Source of the DNA: Candidatus Zhuqueibacterota bacterium
GTDB lineage: Bacteria; Zhuqueibacterota; Zhuqueibacteria; Thermofontimicrobiales; Thermofontimicrobiaceae
Direction: 5' to 3'
DNA length: 64,000 bases
Assembly: GCA_049322915.1 (NCBI GenBank)
Contig: JBMOPW010000002.1
Span: forward strand, 32,001 to 96,000
Shown here: positions 27,700-37,967 of the stretch, piece after piece
Numbering within the stretch: position 1 is the stretch's first letter
How the letters are laid out: each line of letters begins with the position of its first letter
Made by a program: the position numbers and the translations under genes
The notes under the pieces: generated by a model
What the model was told of the DNA's origin: nothing
Databases searched by the model: none
The model's input: the letters and a program-made list of their open reading frames with translations, nothing else

Positions 27700-28953
27700 A
27701 TGATTACAAGAGTCCAGGCCTTATTTTACAAAGGCTTTAAGTATCTCGATGTTGCATTAAATCCTTTTGTCATTCTGGTAGGGCCGAATGCCAGCGGCAA
27801 GAGCACATTTATTGATATTTTTAATTTTATTCGGGATACATTGATTGATGGACCAGAAGCAGCGGTACAAAAGCGAAGCTCGCAATTCATGGAATTGTTA
27901 TGGAACCAGATTGGTACCAGAATTGAATTTGCTATTGAAATTGCCATCCCTGCTCCGATGAGTGAAGTATTCCGGTCGGCGAGGTATGAGCTTTCAGTTG
28001 CACTCGACGATAGATTGGGGATTGTAATTGAAAACGAGTATTTATGGTTACTTAAAGAAGGAGCCGAACTTCTTGAACCTGGGAAAGATCATACCAGACA
28101 ATGCACGATATTTCCGTCTGAGCCTATTGCACCTGAATTTATCATCACTCAAAGAAAGAAAACACCTATCGGATGGAGAAAGATAATTTCTAAAAGCGCT
28201 CAGGGGAATGATTATTTTCGTTCGGAAACAACTGATTGGAATATCATTTATCGCTTTGGTCCCTATAAAGCATCATTGGCCAGGATACCTGAAGATGAAG
28301 CGCGGTTTCCAATATCATTATGGATTAAAAAAATATTAATGGAGAATATTCAATTCCTGCAGTTGAACAGTATCGCCATGCGTTGGCCTTGTCGGCCAGA
28401 TAGCCCTGTTGCATTTCAGATGGAAGGAAATAATCTACCAAAGGTAATTAAATATTTACGCGATGAGCATCCAAAGAATTTTGATCAATGGTTGAAACAT
28501 GTCAGATCTGCTCTGCCGGAAGTCGATCGAATCACGATTCAGGAACGTCCGGAGAATCGATCTTTATATCTTCAATTTGAATATCTGAATAAAAATTGGG
28601 TGCCTTCCTGGTTGCTATCCGATGGGACACTTCGTTTGCTGGCTCAAACTCTGATTGCATATCTTCCGGAAAAAGATCGTCTCTTTATGATTGAAGAACC
28701 AGAGAACGGGCTTCATCCTCTGGCGATTGAAAGCGTTTATCAATCACTATCTTCCTGTTATGATAATCAAATTATTCTCGCCACCCATTCACCTGGAATA
28801 ATTCGTTTAGCCGAACCACGAGATATCATCTGTTTCTCGAAAACCGAAAGTGGATTGATCGATATTTGCCCAGGCCTTGAGCATCCTCGACTTAAAAATT
28901 GGATGAAAGGTATTGATTTAGCAACTTTACATGCTGCAGGAGTGTTACAGTGA
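27700..28953 (+). CDS. ABC/AAA_21-type ATPase, MAD3-like defence ATPase
   Basis: Walker A GPNASGKST, LSDGT signature, Walker B IEEPENGLHP and H-loop ATHSP. AT-rich relative to flanks. Confidence 0.8.
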   Translation: MITRVQALFYKGFKYLDVALNPFVILVGPNASGKSTFIDIFNFIRDTLIDGPEAAVQKRSSQFMELLWNQIGTRIEFAIEIAIPAPMSEVFRSARYELSVALDDRLGIVIENEYLWLLKEGAELLEPGKDHTRQCTIFPSEPIAPEFIITQRKKTPIGWRKIISKSAQGNDYFRSETTDWNIIYRFGPYKASLARIPEDEARFPISLWIKKILMENIQFLQLNSIAMRWPCRPDSPVAFQMEGNNLPKVIKYLRDEHPKNFDQWLKHVRSALPEVDRITIQERPENRSLYLQFEYLNKNWVPSWLLSDGTLRLLAQTLIAYLPEKDRLFMIEEPENGLHPLAIESVYQSLSSCYDNQIILATHSPGIIRLAEPRDIICFSKTESGLIDICPGLEHPRLKNWMKGIDLATLHAAGVLQ

Positions 28954-29561
28954 AAAAAGATTTAGTTGTATTAGCTCCGGACATCACCGTCAAAGTGACT
29001 CTTGATTGTCTGCTTAATCGAAATAGGGATTTTGAAATTCGCAAGATAAGCTGGGAAACATTTGTGCATCCCCTTCGGGATCCGGGTGTCTACAGCAACT
29101 CGGATTCATTTTTGAGAAGCTATATAAATGATTATCATTTTGCATTAATATTAATGGATAAAGAGGGCAGTGGGCAAGAAGCAAAGCCTTATGATTCATT
29201 GATCGAAGAAATGAAAAGAAAAATGGAGCGCAATGGTTGGAGCGATAGGGTAGGCGTTATTGTATTTGACCCGGAATTAGAAATATGGGCTTGGATAAAT
29301 TCACCCCATTTGGCGAGAGTTTTAGGTTGGCCGGACTATACGACATTGAAGAACACGCTCGTTGATAATGGGTTATGGGATCATCATCGGCCTAAGCCAG
29401 TTCGACCGAAGGAAGCATTTGAATTCGCGTTGAAAACGAAGAGAATCCCCCGCTCGTCTTCTATTTATCGGGAAATTGCTATAGCTGTTGATTTTAACAT
29501 GTGCCGGGAACCATCCTTCCAGGCTTTGAAAAACATGCTGAACCAGTGGTTTCCGAAATAA
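28950..29561 (+). CDS. MAD4-like (TOPRIM-like) partner protein
   Basis: KDLVVL, HPLRDPG, DKEGSG, DPELEIW and RPKEA...RIPRSS resemble MAD4-annotated proteins as recalled, not searched. GTGA overlap with the ATPase. Confidence 0.7.
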   Translation: MKKDLVVLAPDITVKVTLDCLLNRNRDFEIRKISWETFVHPLRDPGVYSNSDSFLRSYINDYHFALILMDKEGSGQEAKPYDSLIEEMKRKMERNGWSDRVGVIVFDPELEIWAWINSPHLARVLGWPDYTTLKNTLVDNGLWDHHRPKPVRPKEAFEFALKTKRIPRSSSIYREIAIAVDFNMCREPSFQALKNMLNQWFPK

Positions 29562-29631
29562 TTTTCCGATGGCGCGCGTAAAATAACTCCCCGGTTATCT
29601 TTGTAAAGGGTACTCCTGAAAAAAATGCCGT

Positions 29632-30654
29632 CTATTCCCTCCGCCTGAATCGCACATTGGCGCACTCGAAAACCTTATGATTGATGACAAATTGCGGCGG
29701 TCGGCCCTCGATGAATGCCTTTACGTCATCCATGATCATGTAGCGAATATCCCAGCCGCCTTCTTCACTGTACCAGGCCACATGCGGAGTCAACATGACG
29801 TTATCCATTTTGAGCAATTCGCTGTCTTCCCCGGGGGGCTCATCTTCGTACACATCCAGCCCGGCGCCCATGATTCGCTTTTCTCTGAGGGCGCGCACCA
29901 AATCCTCAGTGTGAATGATGGGCCCGCGGGAGGTGTTGATGATCACCGCCTCCGGCTTCATCTGGTTAAATTCGGCCAGCTTGAACATCCCCCGCGTCTC
30001 GTCCGTCACCGGTACGTGGATGGTGATGATATCGGATTGCCGCAGGACAGTCTCAAACGGGGTGTGACGGATTTCGAGTTCGCGGTATCGTTCCTCCGAG
30101 AGGTAGGGGTCGCAGACAAGCATGTTCATGCCAAAACAGCGCATTCGATTCAATAGCCGCGATCCAATATTGCCGCACCCGATGATCCCCAGCGTTTTGC
30201 CTTTCATCCGAAACAGCGGATAAATATCCTGCGAACTCCACTGGCCGGTGCGTATCCAATGCAGCAGCGCTTTTTCTTGCAATTTTCTCTTTCGGTAGGT
30301 CTCCAGTATCAACATAATTGCATGCTCGGCCACGTCCTCGCTGGAAGCCGTGGCTTCATTGGCGAATACGATGCCATTCTTCGTCGCTGCCGGCACATCG
30401 ATATTGTCGTAGCCGATGCCATGTCGCAACAGCACTTTGACGCTGGTTATTCCGTTCATCACCTCTTCCGTGAATTTTGCCATGTTCGTCAGCACGATAT
30501 CCGCTTGCTCGCAAATCGCGATCAGTATATCGGCTGATGCGTCTCGCAGTTGATGGAAGGAGAAATCAATCCCCAATCGCTGGCACTGCTCTTCTTCCCA
30601 TTTCAGATCCCGTTCGATATAATCGGTGATGACGAATTTTATTCGCTTGCTCAT
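29632..30654 (-). CDS. D-isomer-specific 2-hydroxyacid dehydrogenase (CtBP-like)
   Basis: GIGYDNID, GIIGCGNIG, INTSRG, LDVYEDEP and TPHVAW. Confidence 0.92.
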   Translation of the reverse strand: MSKRIKFVITDYIERDLKWEEEQCQRLGIDFSFHQLRDASADILIAICEQADIVLTNMAKFTEEVMNGITSVKVLLRHGIGYDNIDVPAATKNGIVFANEATASSEDVAEHAIMLILETYRKRKLQEKALLHWIRTGQWSSQDIYPLFRMKGKTLGIIGCGNIGSRLLNRMRCFGMNMLVCDPYLSEERYRELEIRHTPFETVLRQSDIITIHVPVTDETRGMFKLAEFNQMKPEAVIINTSRGPIIHTEDLVRALREKRIMGAGLDVYEDEPPGEDSELLKMDNVMLTPHVAWYSEEGGWDIRYMIMDDVKAFIEGRPPQFVINHKVFECANVRFRRRE

Positions 30655-30757
30655 GAAGTTATCCTGTTTATAAAGTAATCGTTGCTATGGCCGGCTTCAG
30701 TGGCGCGCTTCTCTGGCAACTCATGCCGCGTTGAAGCTGAATCATTGTTTTGTGGAT

Positions 30758-31897
30758 TTAATAAACGCATGTTTTCTGGTATTCATCGAGCATGGCCATG
30801 TAATTTTCGTATTTGCTGCCCACGGCGACTGAATGGCTGATGCCCAGAATGAATCGGCCACCGGGTTTGGCGCAAGCCATTGCATTTCGAACATCATTTC
30901 GAACATCGTCCGGGGCGCCGCTCACGATATGCTCCAGTGCAACGCCGCCCCAGAGAGTGAGTTTATCGCCGTATTTCTGTTTCAACTGGCACAAGTCCAT
31001 ACCGGCGGTGGGTTGAATGGACTGATAGGCGTCGTAGCCGATTTCAATGAAATCATCCATCAGTGGATTGTTATTGCCGCAGGCGTGTTTCATTATTTTC
31101 ACGCCAAATTTTTCGCGTAAATTTTTTACTCTCGCCTTGTTCGGCGCCACGAAAAAATCCCTGAACATAGTCGGACTGATGAACGGGCCTGACTTATAAC
31201 CAAAGTCAGCGCCCCATAAAATCGCGTCGGCATCCGGGTGGACAAAGACGTCGTCGGCCAGGTTCTGCAGACGCAGATAGTAATCGGTGGCCGCGCGCAC
31301 TACGTCGGGATTCTCCGCCAATTCCATGCAGCCGCGTTCCAGGCCGCCCAATAGAATGATGCCGATTTCGCCGCCTTCCGGGCCGCAAATGAATTTTTCA
31401 TGTTTGAACCGTTGAATCACCGCGTCGACAATTTTCCAGGAGCGCTCATCGCGCGTTGGTTTCTCAGGCGCCCGCGCGAATTCATCGACGGTGAACACCC
31501 TGGCGTCCATCACCGGATCTTTGATACAGGTGATGTCCGCGGTGATGTCGGAATATTTGTACACGCGGCCGTACTTATCCTCCCAGGTCGTGGCGTCGAT
31601 TTTCCGAGGAGGAGGGTCATCGCTTTCCGGCGGAATGAACCACGTGGCCATGGGAAATGTGATGATGTCCAGATCGAGCTTTTCGTGCAGCTCAATGTGG
31701 TCTTTGAGATAGCTCTCGGCGACTTCATCGTGCCGGCGCTCCCAGAAGGCGATCTGCGATTTCGCTTTGGCGCGGAGAAATGTCTCGCGGCCAAGTATCT
31801 TTTCCACGGTGTCGAAATCCACCGCAAATTCACCGATGGGAACCCGATCCGGCTCCTGGCCGCTCATGGTTGTGAGTACGCGTTGCTTTGAATTCAT
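30758..31897 (-). CDS. Uroporphyrinogen decarboxylase-family (URO-D/MtaA-like) protein
   Basis: EPDRVP, DFGYKSGPFISP, KHACG, LWGG and GGRFILG. Confidence 0.85.
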   Translation of the reverse strand: MNSKQRVLTTMSGQEPDRVPIGEFAVDFDTVEKILGRETFLRAKAKSQIAFWERRHDEVAESYLKDHIELHEKLDLDIITFPMATWFIPPESDDPPPRKIDATTWEDKYGRVYKYSDITADITCIKDPVMDARVFTVDEFARAPEKPTRDERSWKIVDAVIQRFKHEKFICGPEGGEIGIILLGGLERGCMELAENPDVVRAATDYYLRLQNLADDVFVHPDADAILWGADFGYKSGPFISPTMFRDFFVAPNKARVKNLREKFGVKIMKHACGNNNPLMDDFIEIGYDAYQSIQPTAGMDLCQLKQKYGDKLTLWGGVALEHIVSGAPDDVRNDVRNAMACAKPGGRFILGISHSVAVGSKYENYMAMLDEYQKTCVY

Positions 31898-32026
31898 GGT
31901 ATTCCTTTCTGACTCATCAAATTTGGCCTGCGAGCTTGCAGGGCTGCAATCTGTCTGGATAACTGAGCGACATGCGAATTGGGCGATAAACCACCCAAGC
32001 AGATTGAAATCTTCATCACGAAAAAC

Positions 32027-32458
32027 TCACTTACATTCCAGCTTATATTGAATTAATGTCTCCAGTTGTGATAACACTTTCTCTGTCTTTATGTCAAACA
32101 TACATGGCTTTGCTTTGCCAACATTTTTAGTCGCTTTGATTTTTTCTTTTTCTTCTTCAGAAATATTTAACGTGTATATTCCATCAATATATTTTTCAGG
32201 AAAATAGATCGTTGCTTTCATATAACCTTTCCAGGCCGACATCCATACGATTGTTCGTGTTTTCTTTTGGACTTTGCACAACCACGCTTTTCCATCCCGG
32301 TAGTATCTCCACTCATGTGTCAATCCATTTTTTTCAAACATTTCAATCATTTTGGTATAGGCAGGAAATGATTTTCCCAGGACATTCTTCAAGACGATCT
32401 CATTGGGAATGACTAACGGATCAGAAAGCATCATATTGTTTATTTGTTCCATAAGCAC
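32027..32458 (-). CDS. DUF3788-like protein
   Basis: EWRYYRDGKAWLCKVQKK pattern. AT-rich. Confidence 0.7.
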   Translation of the reverse strand: MLMEQINNMMLSDPLVIPNEIVLKNVLGKSFPAYTKMIEMFEKNGLTHEWRYYRDGKAWLCKVQKKTRTIVWMSAWKGYMKATIYFPEKYIDGIYTLNISEEEKEKIKATKNVGKAKPCMFDIKTEKVLSQLETLIQYKLECK

Positions 32459-32764
32459 TCATTTCCTTTCAATCTGAACCCGAAATTGCCCGTCATTATT
32501 GCCATGCATGACTGAAGCGGACCCTCGTCATCTGTCTCAATTGCGCTTTGAGGTGAGGAAACCCAGTCCATCGACTTCTTCGGCGAATCGCTTTGAACAA
32601 GAACCTTGCGGCTTATCAGGAATAACTTCTTGAAGGCAAATGGTTTTTATTCAGCAAGCATACTCTTTTGAATTTAAATTTGTTCCTTGCGCCGGGATTA
32701 GCAGCGTCATGACAGCGCGGCATTCCCTGCGGATGGCAATCCTCGGATGCTTCACTGTTTCTGG

Positions 32765-33919
32765 CTATTCCTGATGATAATTCAAAATTGCCCGAAGCAT
32801 GGGCTCAAAAAAATCAGCCTGGCGCATGAAACCCAGGTCGGTGGGATGCGATCCATCCACAGTGGCCTCGCCGTCGTCGCCCAATTGATTTTGTCCATAG
32901 GCGTAATGCAGGTTCTGAATCCCTTTGCCTGTCAAATTTTCGTAAGCCGTTCTCAGGGCGAGCCATTGAGATTTGATCTTGGTAGCGGTCTCCGGCAGTT
33001 CGTGCGCATTTTGGAACGCCCGGCCTTCGACCAGAAGTATCGGCGTCTCGGCCCTTGCCCGGCGCAGCGTCTCAATGAATGGCTCGACGCGCTCCTGGAT
33101 CAGTTGGACGTCCATGTTGGGCAGGCAGTCGATGACGTACAACGCCGCGTCAATTTCCCCGAGCAGCTCGGCCAGGGCCGGTTCCATTTTGCCGGCGCCG
33201 GAAAAACCCAGGTTGATGATGGGCGCGTCCAATCGCCGGCCGAGAATTGACGTGGCGCTCATGCCGGGGCGGGATGCGCAGCCGCCCTGCGTGATAGATG
33301 TCCCGTAAAAAACAATGGGCTTCCTGTGCGGCGGATTCGTCGCGATGAATGCCCACACCGATGCCTGCTGCGGCAGGCCGATTTCCACGGAACTCACGCC
33401 ATTGTACAGCGGCAGATACAGCATCATTCGCCGCGAGGCTGGTGGGAGATTTTGGACAAGTCGGGCCTTATTGACCGGGAAGCCGGAGGGCCTGCCGTTT
33501 CCCAGCCAGCGCCAGGTTCCGTCCGCTGATTGGGTGTACAAATCAATGCCGCTGACGCCGGTCGCCGGCATGTGCGGCATGGCCAGGCTGTTGTGCAGCA
33601 GCGTCCACCGAACGTGGATTTCAGTGGCATTGGTGGCGAATTGCACATACAATCCTGAGGTGTGATGACTGAGCCGCCACACCGCTTCCGTGACCAGCGT
33701 TTCAGCTTCGGCCGGCAACCGCTCGAAATTCCGCTGCGGCTCGTCCCAGCCTCTGCCAAGAACCGTGAAGTCATGGGCATCGTACCAGCTCAGCATCGAA
33801 TCCCGCTGCGCCGGCAGGATGTTCACGAGACGTGGTTCCTGTGCCGGAACGCGCGTCGCATTCAGGCCAAGGAACGGCATTAACAGGAAAAGGATGGTGC
33901 GCTTTTTGAGTTTCATCAT
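32765..33919 (-). CDS. Secreted SGNH/GDSL hydrolase
   Basis: Signal peptide, YGTSITQG, NLGFSG, DCLPN and DGSHP. Confidence 0.9.
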   Translation of the reverse strand: MMKLKKRTILFLLMPFLGLNATRVPAQEPRLVNILPAQRDSMLSWYDAHDFTVLGRGWDEPQRNFERLPAEAETLVTEAVWRLSHHTSGLYVQFATNATEIHVRWTLLHNSLAMPHMPATGVSGIDLYTQSADGTWRWLGNGRPSGFPVNKARLVQNLPPASRRMMLYLPLYNGVSSVEIGLPQQASVWAFIATNPPHRKPIVFYGTSITQGGCASRPGMSATSILGRRLDAPIINLGFSGAGKMEPALAELLGEIDAALYVIDCLPNMDVQLIQERVEPFIETLRRARAETPILLVEGRAFQNAHELPETATKIKSQWLALRTAYENLTGKGIQNLHYAYGQNQLGDDGEATVDGSHPTDLGFMRQADFFEPMLRAILNYHQE

Positions 33920-34018
33920 TTTGGTCTGAATATTTTCTATTTGTTCGATGTGAAAAAATGTGACGAATTGGCGGTCATGCCGCTACTCGCTTTAAAAAAT
34001 TTACTGTGTTGAGCAATT

Positions 34019-34186
34019 TAACCCGCATTATTCATAGTATTTTCAAAGGAAGCGGGATAACCTGAATGGTGCATAAATTTAAAATTCGCATATATAACTG
34101 AGTTTGATTTTACATATACATTCAACACATTATGAAACCATAATGTTAAGTTGGGTTATTGGAGAATTCATGAATAATTCAGGGTA
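34019..34186. repeat. ~167-bp inverted-repeat element, family B copy 1
   Basis: Ends TAACCCGCATTATTCAT / ATGAATAATTCAGGGTA. Homologous to 47499-47665. Confidence 0.75.
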
Positions 34187-34271
34187 AACCGCTGCTCCAA
34201 ATTCACCCCACGCCAATGGCGCTTCAATCTTTTCATCCGAAGTGCACACCGGACGCTGTGTGCGCGTTGGT

Positions 34272-35420
34272 TCAAATCGACTGCTCTAAAATCAGTGTCA
34301 ATTCCCCGCGCGTCAGGCTGATGGGATTGCCTTTCATGCTGCTTGAGTTCTGTGATTTCGACACCACCTCAGAAATGTCTCCTGATGTCATTCCCAAATC
34401 CGACAGGGTAGGTATCTTCAAATCCGCGCAGAGACGGGTCAGCCATTGCACCAAATCCGGCAGCCGGGCTGAGCCGGTGAGTTGCTGCGCCAATTCGAGG
34501 TAGCGGTCCAGCGCCGGCGATTCCGGCTGGCGCGCCTCGATTGCGCGGATGTTGGCTTCAATCACATGGGGCAGAAGGCACGCGCAAATTGCGCCGTGAG
34601 GCGCGGCGAACATGCCGCCCAGCGGCCCGGCAAAACCGTGCACCGCGCCTAGTCCGGCATTGGCCAGCGCCATTCCTCCAAAGAGGCTGGCCAGAGCCAT
34701 GTCCTCGCGGGCCGATGCATCCTGACCATTGAGGTACGCTGTCCGCAGCGCGCGCGCTGCCCGTTGGATTCCCTCCCGGCAGATGTTGTCCGTGAGCGGA
34801 TTGGCATTTCGGGAGGTGACCGCTTCCATGAGTTGCGTCAAGGCGTCGAGACCGGTACTCGCCGTCACGTCCGGCGGCATGGAATAGGTCAGTTCCGGAT
34901 CGATGAGCGCCAGGGCCGGCAGCATCAATGGACTCCGCATGCTCACTTTGACCCGATGCTGCGGCGATGATAGCACCGCATTCCGCGTCACTTCTGCGCC
35001 GGTCCCGGCCGTGGTGGGAATGGCGATGTAAAGCGCCGGAGGGTGATCGATGGAACGCCCTTTTCCGATCACCTCGAGATAATCGAACAAATCGCCGCTG
35101 TTGGTCAGCAGCGCGGCAATGACCTTTCCGGCGTCCAGCACACTGCCGCCGCCGAATCCGATCACCATTGTGGCGTCCATGCGTCGGGCGCGGGCGACGC
35201 CATCCAGCGCGATATCCGTGGTTGGCTCCCCGGCAATCCGGAAAATTTCATGGTGAATTTTCAGTTCAGCCAGTATTTCCAGGATGGGGGCGGCGCGCTC
35301 CGGCGAATTGCCAATGACCACGAAAACGCGGCTGTTCCCTTTTTCCAGCATGGGTTTTATTTTCTGCAATGAACCGGCTCCGAAAATGATTCGGCCGGCT
35401 GTGGCGAATTCGAACGGCAT
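34272..35420 (-). CDS. Iron-containing alcohol dehydrogenase
   Basis: GGGSVLDAGK, IPTTAGTGAE, DALTQ, GAVHG and PHG. Confidence 0.93.
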   Translation of the reverse strand: MPFEFATAGRIIFGAGSLQKIKPMLEKGNSRVFVVIGNSPERAAPILEILAELKIHHEIFRIAGEPTTDIALDGVARARRMDATMVIGFGGGSVLDAGKVIAALLTNSGDLFDYLEVIGKGRSIDHPPALYIAIPTTAGTGAEVTRNAVLSSPQHRVKVSMRSPLMLPALALIDPELTYSMPPDVTASTGLDALTQLMEAVTSRNANPLTDNICREGIQRAARALRTAYLNGQDASAREDMALASLFGGMALANAGLGAVHGFAGPLGGMFAAPHGAICACLLPHVIEANIRAIEARQPESPALDRYLELAQQLTGSARLPDLVQWLTRLCADLKIPTLSDLGMTSGDISEVVSKSQNSSSMKGNPISLTRGELTLILEQSI

Positions 35421-35490
35421 GTCTCCTCTTCAGAAAATTGACTCTGGCTTTGACCCGCGAAATCGGGCTGGATGCTCAAGCGGGTCGCTT

Positions 35491-35796
35491 TCACCAGCCA
35501 TTATCGTCGGGAAAGATATTGGCGTATTTAATTCCCTCACGCGGCTCGGCCATCATTTCCGTCACCGTATCCCGCCACTTTTTATAATGCGCCGTCTCTT
35601 TGTGTCTGGCCGGTGCCCCTTCAGTTCTGTAGACTTCCACGAGCACAAATCGCGTCTCGTCATCCTGTTGCTGAACCACGTCGAACCGGGCAATGCCCGG
35701 CTCCGCGACGCTGTTTCGTGCATTTTCTATCGTCGCTGCTTTGAACTGCGCGACGTATTCCGGCTTGACATGCACGAACACATGAACAATGACCAT
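35491..35796 (-). CDS. Antibiotic-biosynthesis monooxygenase (LsrG/quinol monooxygenase-like)
   Basis: [16 protein letters not shown] and HKETAHY. Confidence 0.88.
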   Translation of the reverse strand: MVIVHVFVHVKPEYVAQFKAATIENARNSVAEPGIARFDVVQQQDDETRFVLVEVYRTEGAPARHKETAHYKKWRDTVTEMMAEPREGIKYANIFPDDNGW

Positions 35797-35851
35797 TCTG
35801 CCTCCGATAGTTTGTTGAAATGCGCGCAGCAGTTCAAAGTGCGTGTTCCTC

Positions 35852-36898
35852 TCAGGAAATCAGCGCTTTGATCTGCTGCAATTGTTCATCGGTCAACTGA
35901 ATTTTGCCGGCGGCGGCGTTCTTTTCCAATTGTTCGACCGTCGAAGCCGAAGGGATGACCGGTCCCATTCCCGGCAGCGTGAGCATGTACGCCAATGTCA
36001 CCTGGCTGAGCGTCATTTCCCACTCATTTGCCAGGAAGGCCAGCTTATTCAGCTTCGCCAGAATGTCCGGCGTGGCATCGGTTTCCAGAGTGCCCTCGTC
36101 GACCAGCCGGTCGCCTTTCCGGGCCATCGACGGATCGAGATAGCGCGCAGTCAGCAGACCGCGGGCCAGGGGACTCCACGCGACGAAGGAAAGGCCGGCC
36201 TCGGCGCAGAAGTGTAGCACGCGCGGGTGCTCGCTCGATTCACCGTGAAGGATGTCGAACTGATTCTGCACCGCAATCGGCTGGGCCCGGTTGGAGAGTG
36301 TCCCTGCGATTTTATGGTACTGCTGCAATTGTTTAACAGTGAAATTGGACACGGCGAAATAGCGCGCCAGATCCGGTTTGATCAAATCTTCAACCGCTTC
36401 AAGGCTTTCGTGAACCGGGGTCAGTTCGTCGAAGCGATGGAAATAGAGGATATCCACGTAATCCAGTTGCAGCCGCTCCAGACTGGCGTAAACGGAATCG
36501 AAAATATTGCTGCGCGACAGCCGGCAGTGGTTGGGAGTGACGCCATCCATGCCGCCGAAGACCTTGGTCGCCAGCACGATATTTCTTCGCTGATCCGGGT
36601 TGGATCGCAGCCATTTTCCAATGACGCGCTCGGAATTGCCGGAACCGCCGTGATAGCGATTGGCGGTATCCCAGTGAGTCACGCCCAATTCGATGGCGCG
36701 GTCGAAAATTTTGAAGGCCATTTTTTCACCGACGCGAGCGCCATCCCCGGTCTCCGGGAACCCAATTTTCCAGGTGCCGAGCCCGACGTTGGAAACGCGC
36801 AGGCCGGATGTGCCCAGAACGCGGTAGGGCATCCCGTTGAATTCATCCGTCAGAAATGGGACATTGTACAGTTTTGGATTGGGTGTGCGTAAATCCAT
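35852..36898 (-). CDS. Aldo/keto reductase
   Basis: GLGTW, DTANRY, LATK, DILYFH and [17 protein letters not shown] before ATG 36898. Confidence 0.92.
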   Translation of the reverse strand: MDLRTPNPKLYNVPFLTDEFNGMPYRVLGTSGLRVSNVGLGTWKIGFPETGDGARVGEKMAFKIFDRAIELGVTHWDTANRYHGGSGNSERVIGKWLRSNPDQRRNIVLATKVFGGMDGVTPNHCRLSRSNIFDSVYASLERLQLDYVDILYFHRFDELTPVHESLEAVEDLIKPDLARYFAVSNFTVKQLQQYHKIAGTLSNRAQPIAVQNQFDILHGESSEHPRVLHFCAEAGLSFVAWSPLARGLLTARYLDPSMARKGDRLVDEGTLETDATPDILAKLNKLAFLANEWEMTLSQVTLAYMLTLPGMGPVIPSASTVEQLEKNAAAGKIQLTDEQLQQIKALIS

Positions 36899-36911
36899 GA
36901 TGACCTCCCGA

Positions 36912-37967
36912 TTATGGAATGAACATCCCTTTGATGCCTTTTTTATTTTCAAGGTCGGAGAAGAACTGCTGCCATTGTTCCAGCCCACCGATGTGCGTGA
37001 TCAGCGGTTTTACATCGATTTTCCCGGAAGCGATGAGTTCAATGGCTTTATCCCACGAAGTGTACGAGGTGGATAAATTGAAAATGAACTCCACCGCTTT
37101 GAACATCCCGGTGTCGTAGGGGAATTCAATTTTTTCCTTGCCGGTGAGACCAATGGCGGTGATGCGTCCCAGCTTTCGAACGAATTTGAATGCCGCGGCA
37201 ATGCCTGCCGCAGCGCCGCTCGCCTCGACAACCAGATCGGCGCCGCGGCCATTGGAGGCGTCGAGTATCAGCGCTTCGGCGTTTTCTCTTTGAACATTGA
37301 TGACGCGATCGACGGCGCTCATGCGACGGGCAACTGGCAGCCGTTGCTCTTCATCAAAATCAGTCCCGGTGATGATGACGCGGGATGCACCGCCGGCCCT
37401 GGCAGCCATGGCCGCCAGCAATCCAATCGGGCCGGGGCCAATGACCACGACGACATCCACCGGGCGGATGCCGCCGCGTTCCAGCACGTCGTAAACCACA
37501 TTCGCGGTCGGTTCCACCAGCGCCGCCTCCTGAAACGACATGCCCTCGGGAAATCGGTGCAGCAGCGCCGGCTCCGGGTAACGCATGTATTTTGCGAAGC
37601 AGCCGTCAATGCCCCAGCCGGGACTGCGTTTCGCCGGGCAAATTTGTCGATTGCCTGTCCGACACAGCCAGCAGGTGCCGCATGCTTTTGTGTGCGGTTC
37701 GCCGACGACGCGATCGCCGACTTCCCAGCCGGTGACGTTTTTCCCTTTTTCAGCAATGACGCCGGCAAACTCATGTCCCAGAATCACCGGCGGCCAATAG
37801 GGAAATTCATCGTGATAAATGTGAAGATCGGTGCCGCAAATGCCGGCGGCCTTCACGTCGATCAGCACCTCGTCGTCGCCAATCCGGGGAACCGGGACGT
37901 CCCGCACTTCAATCAGCCCCTTGCCTTTGGCAGTTTTTACGAGCGCTTTCATTTTTTTCTGGTTCAT
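36912..37967 (-). CDS. Zinc-dependent (sorbitol/threonine dehydrogenase-like) MDR dehydrogenase
   Basis: GICGTD, GHEFAG, CGTCWLC...C and GPGPIG. ATGA overlap with the upstream gene. Confidence 0.92.
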   Translation of the reverse strand: MNQKKMKALVKTAKGKGLIEVRDVPVPRIGDDEVLIDVKAAGICGTDLHIYHDEFPYWPPVILGHEFAGVIAEKGKNVTGWEVGDRVVGEPHTKACGTCWLCRTGNRQICPAKRSPGWGIDGCFAKYMRYPEPALLHRFPEGMSFQEAALVEPTANVVYDVLERGGIRPVDVVVVIGPGPIGLLAAMAARAGGASRVIITGTDFDEEQRLPVARRMSAVDRVINVQRENAEALILDASNGRGADLVVEASGAAAGIAAAFKFVRKLGRITAIGLTGKEKIEFPYDTGMFKAVEFIFNLSTSYTSWDKAIELIASGKIDVKPLITHIGGLEQWQQFFSDLENKKGIKGMFIP

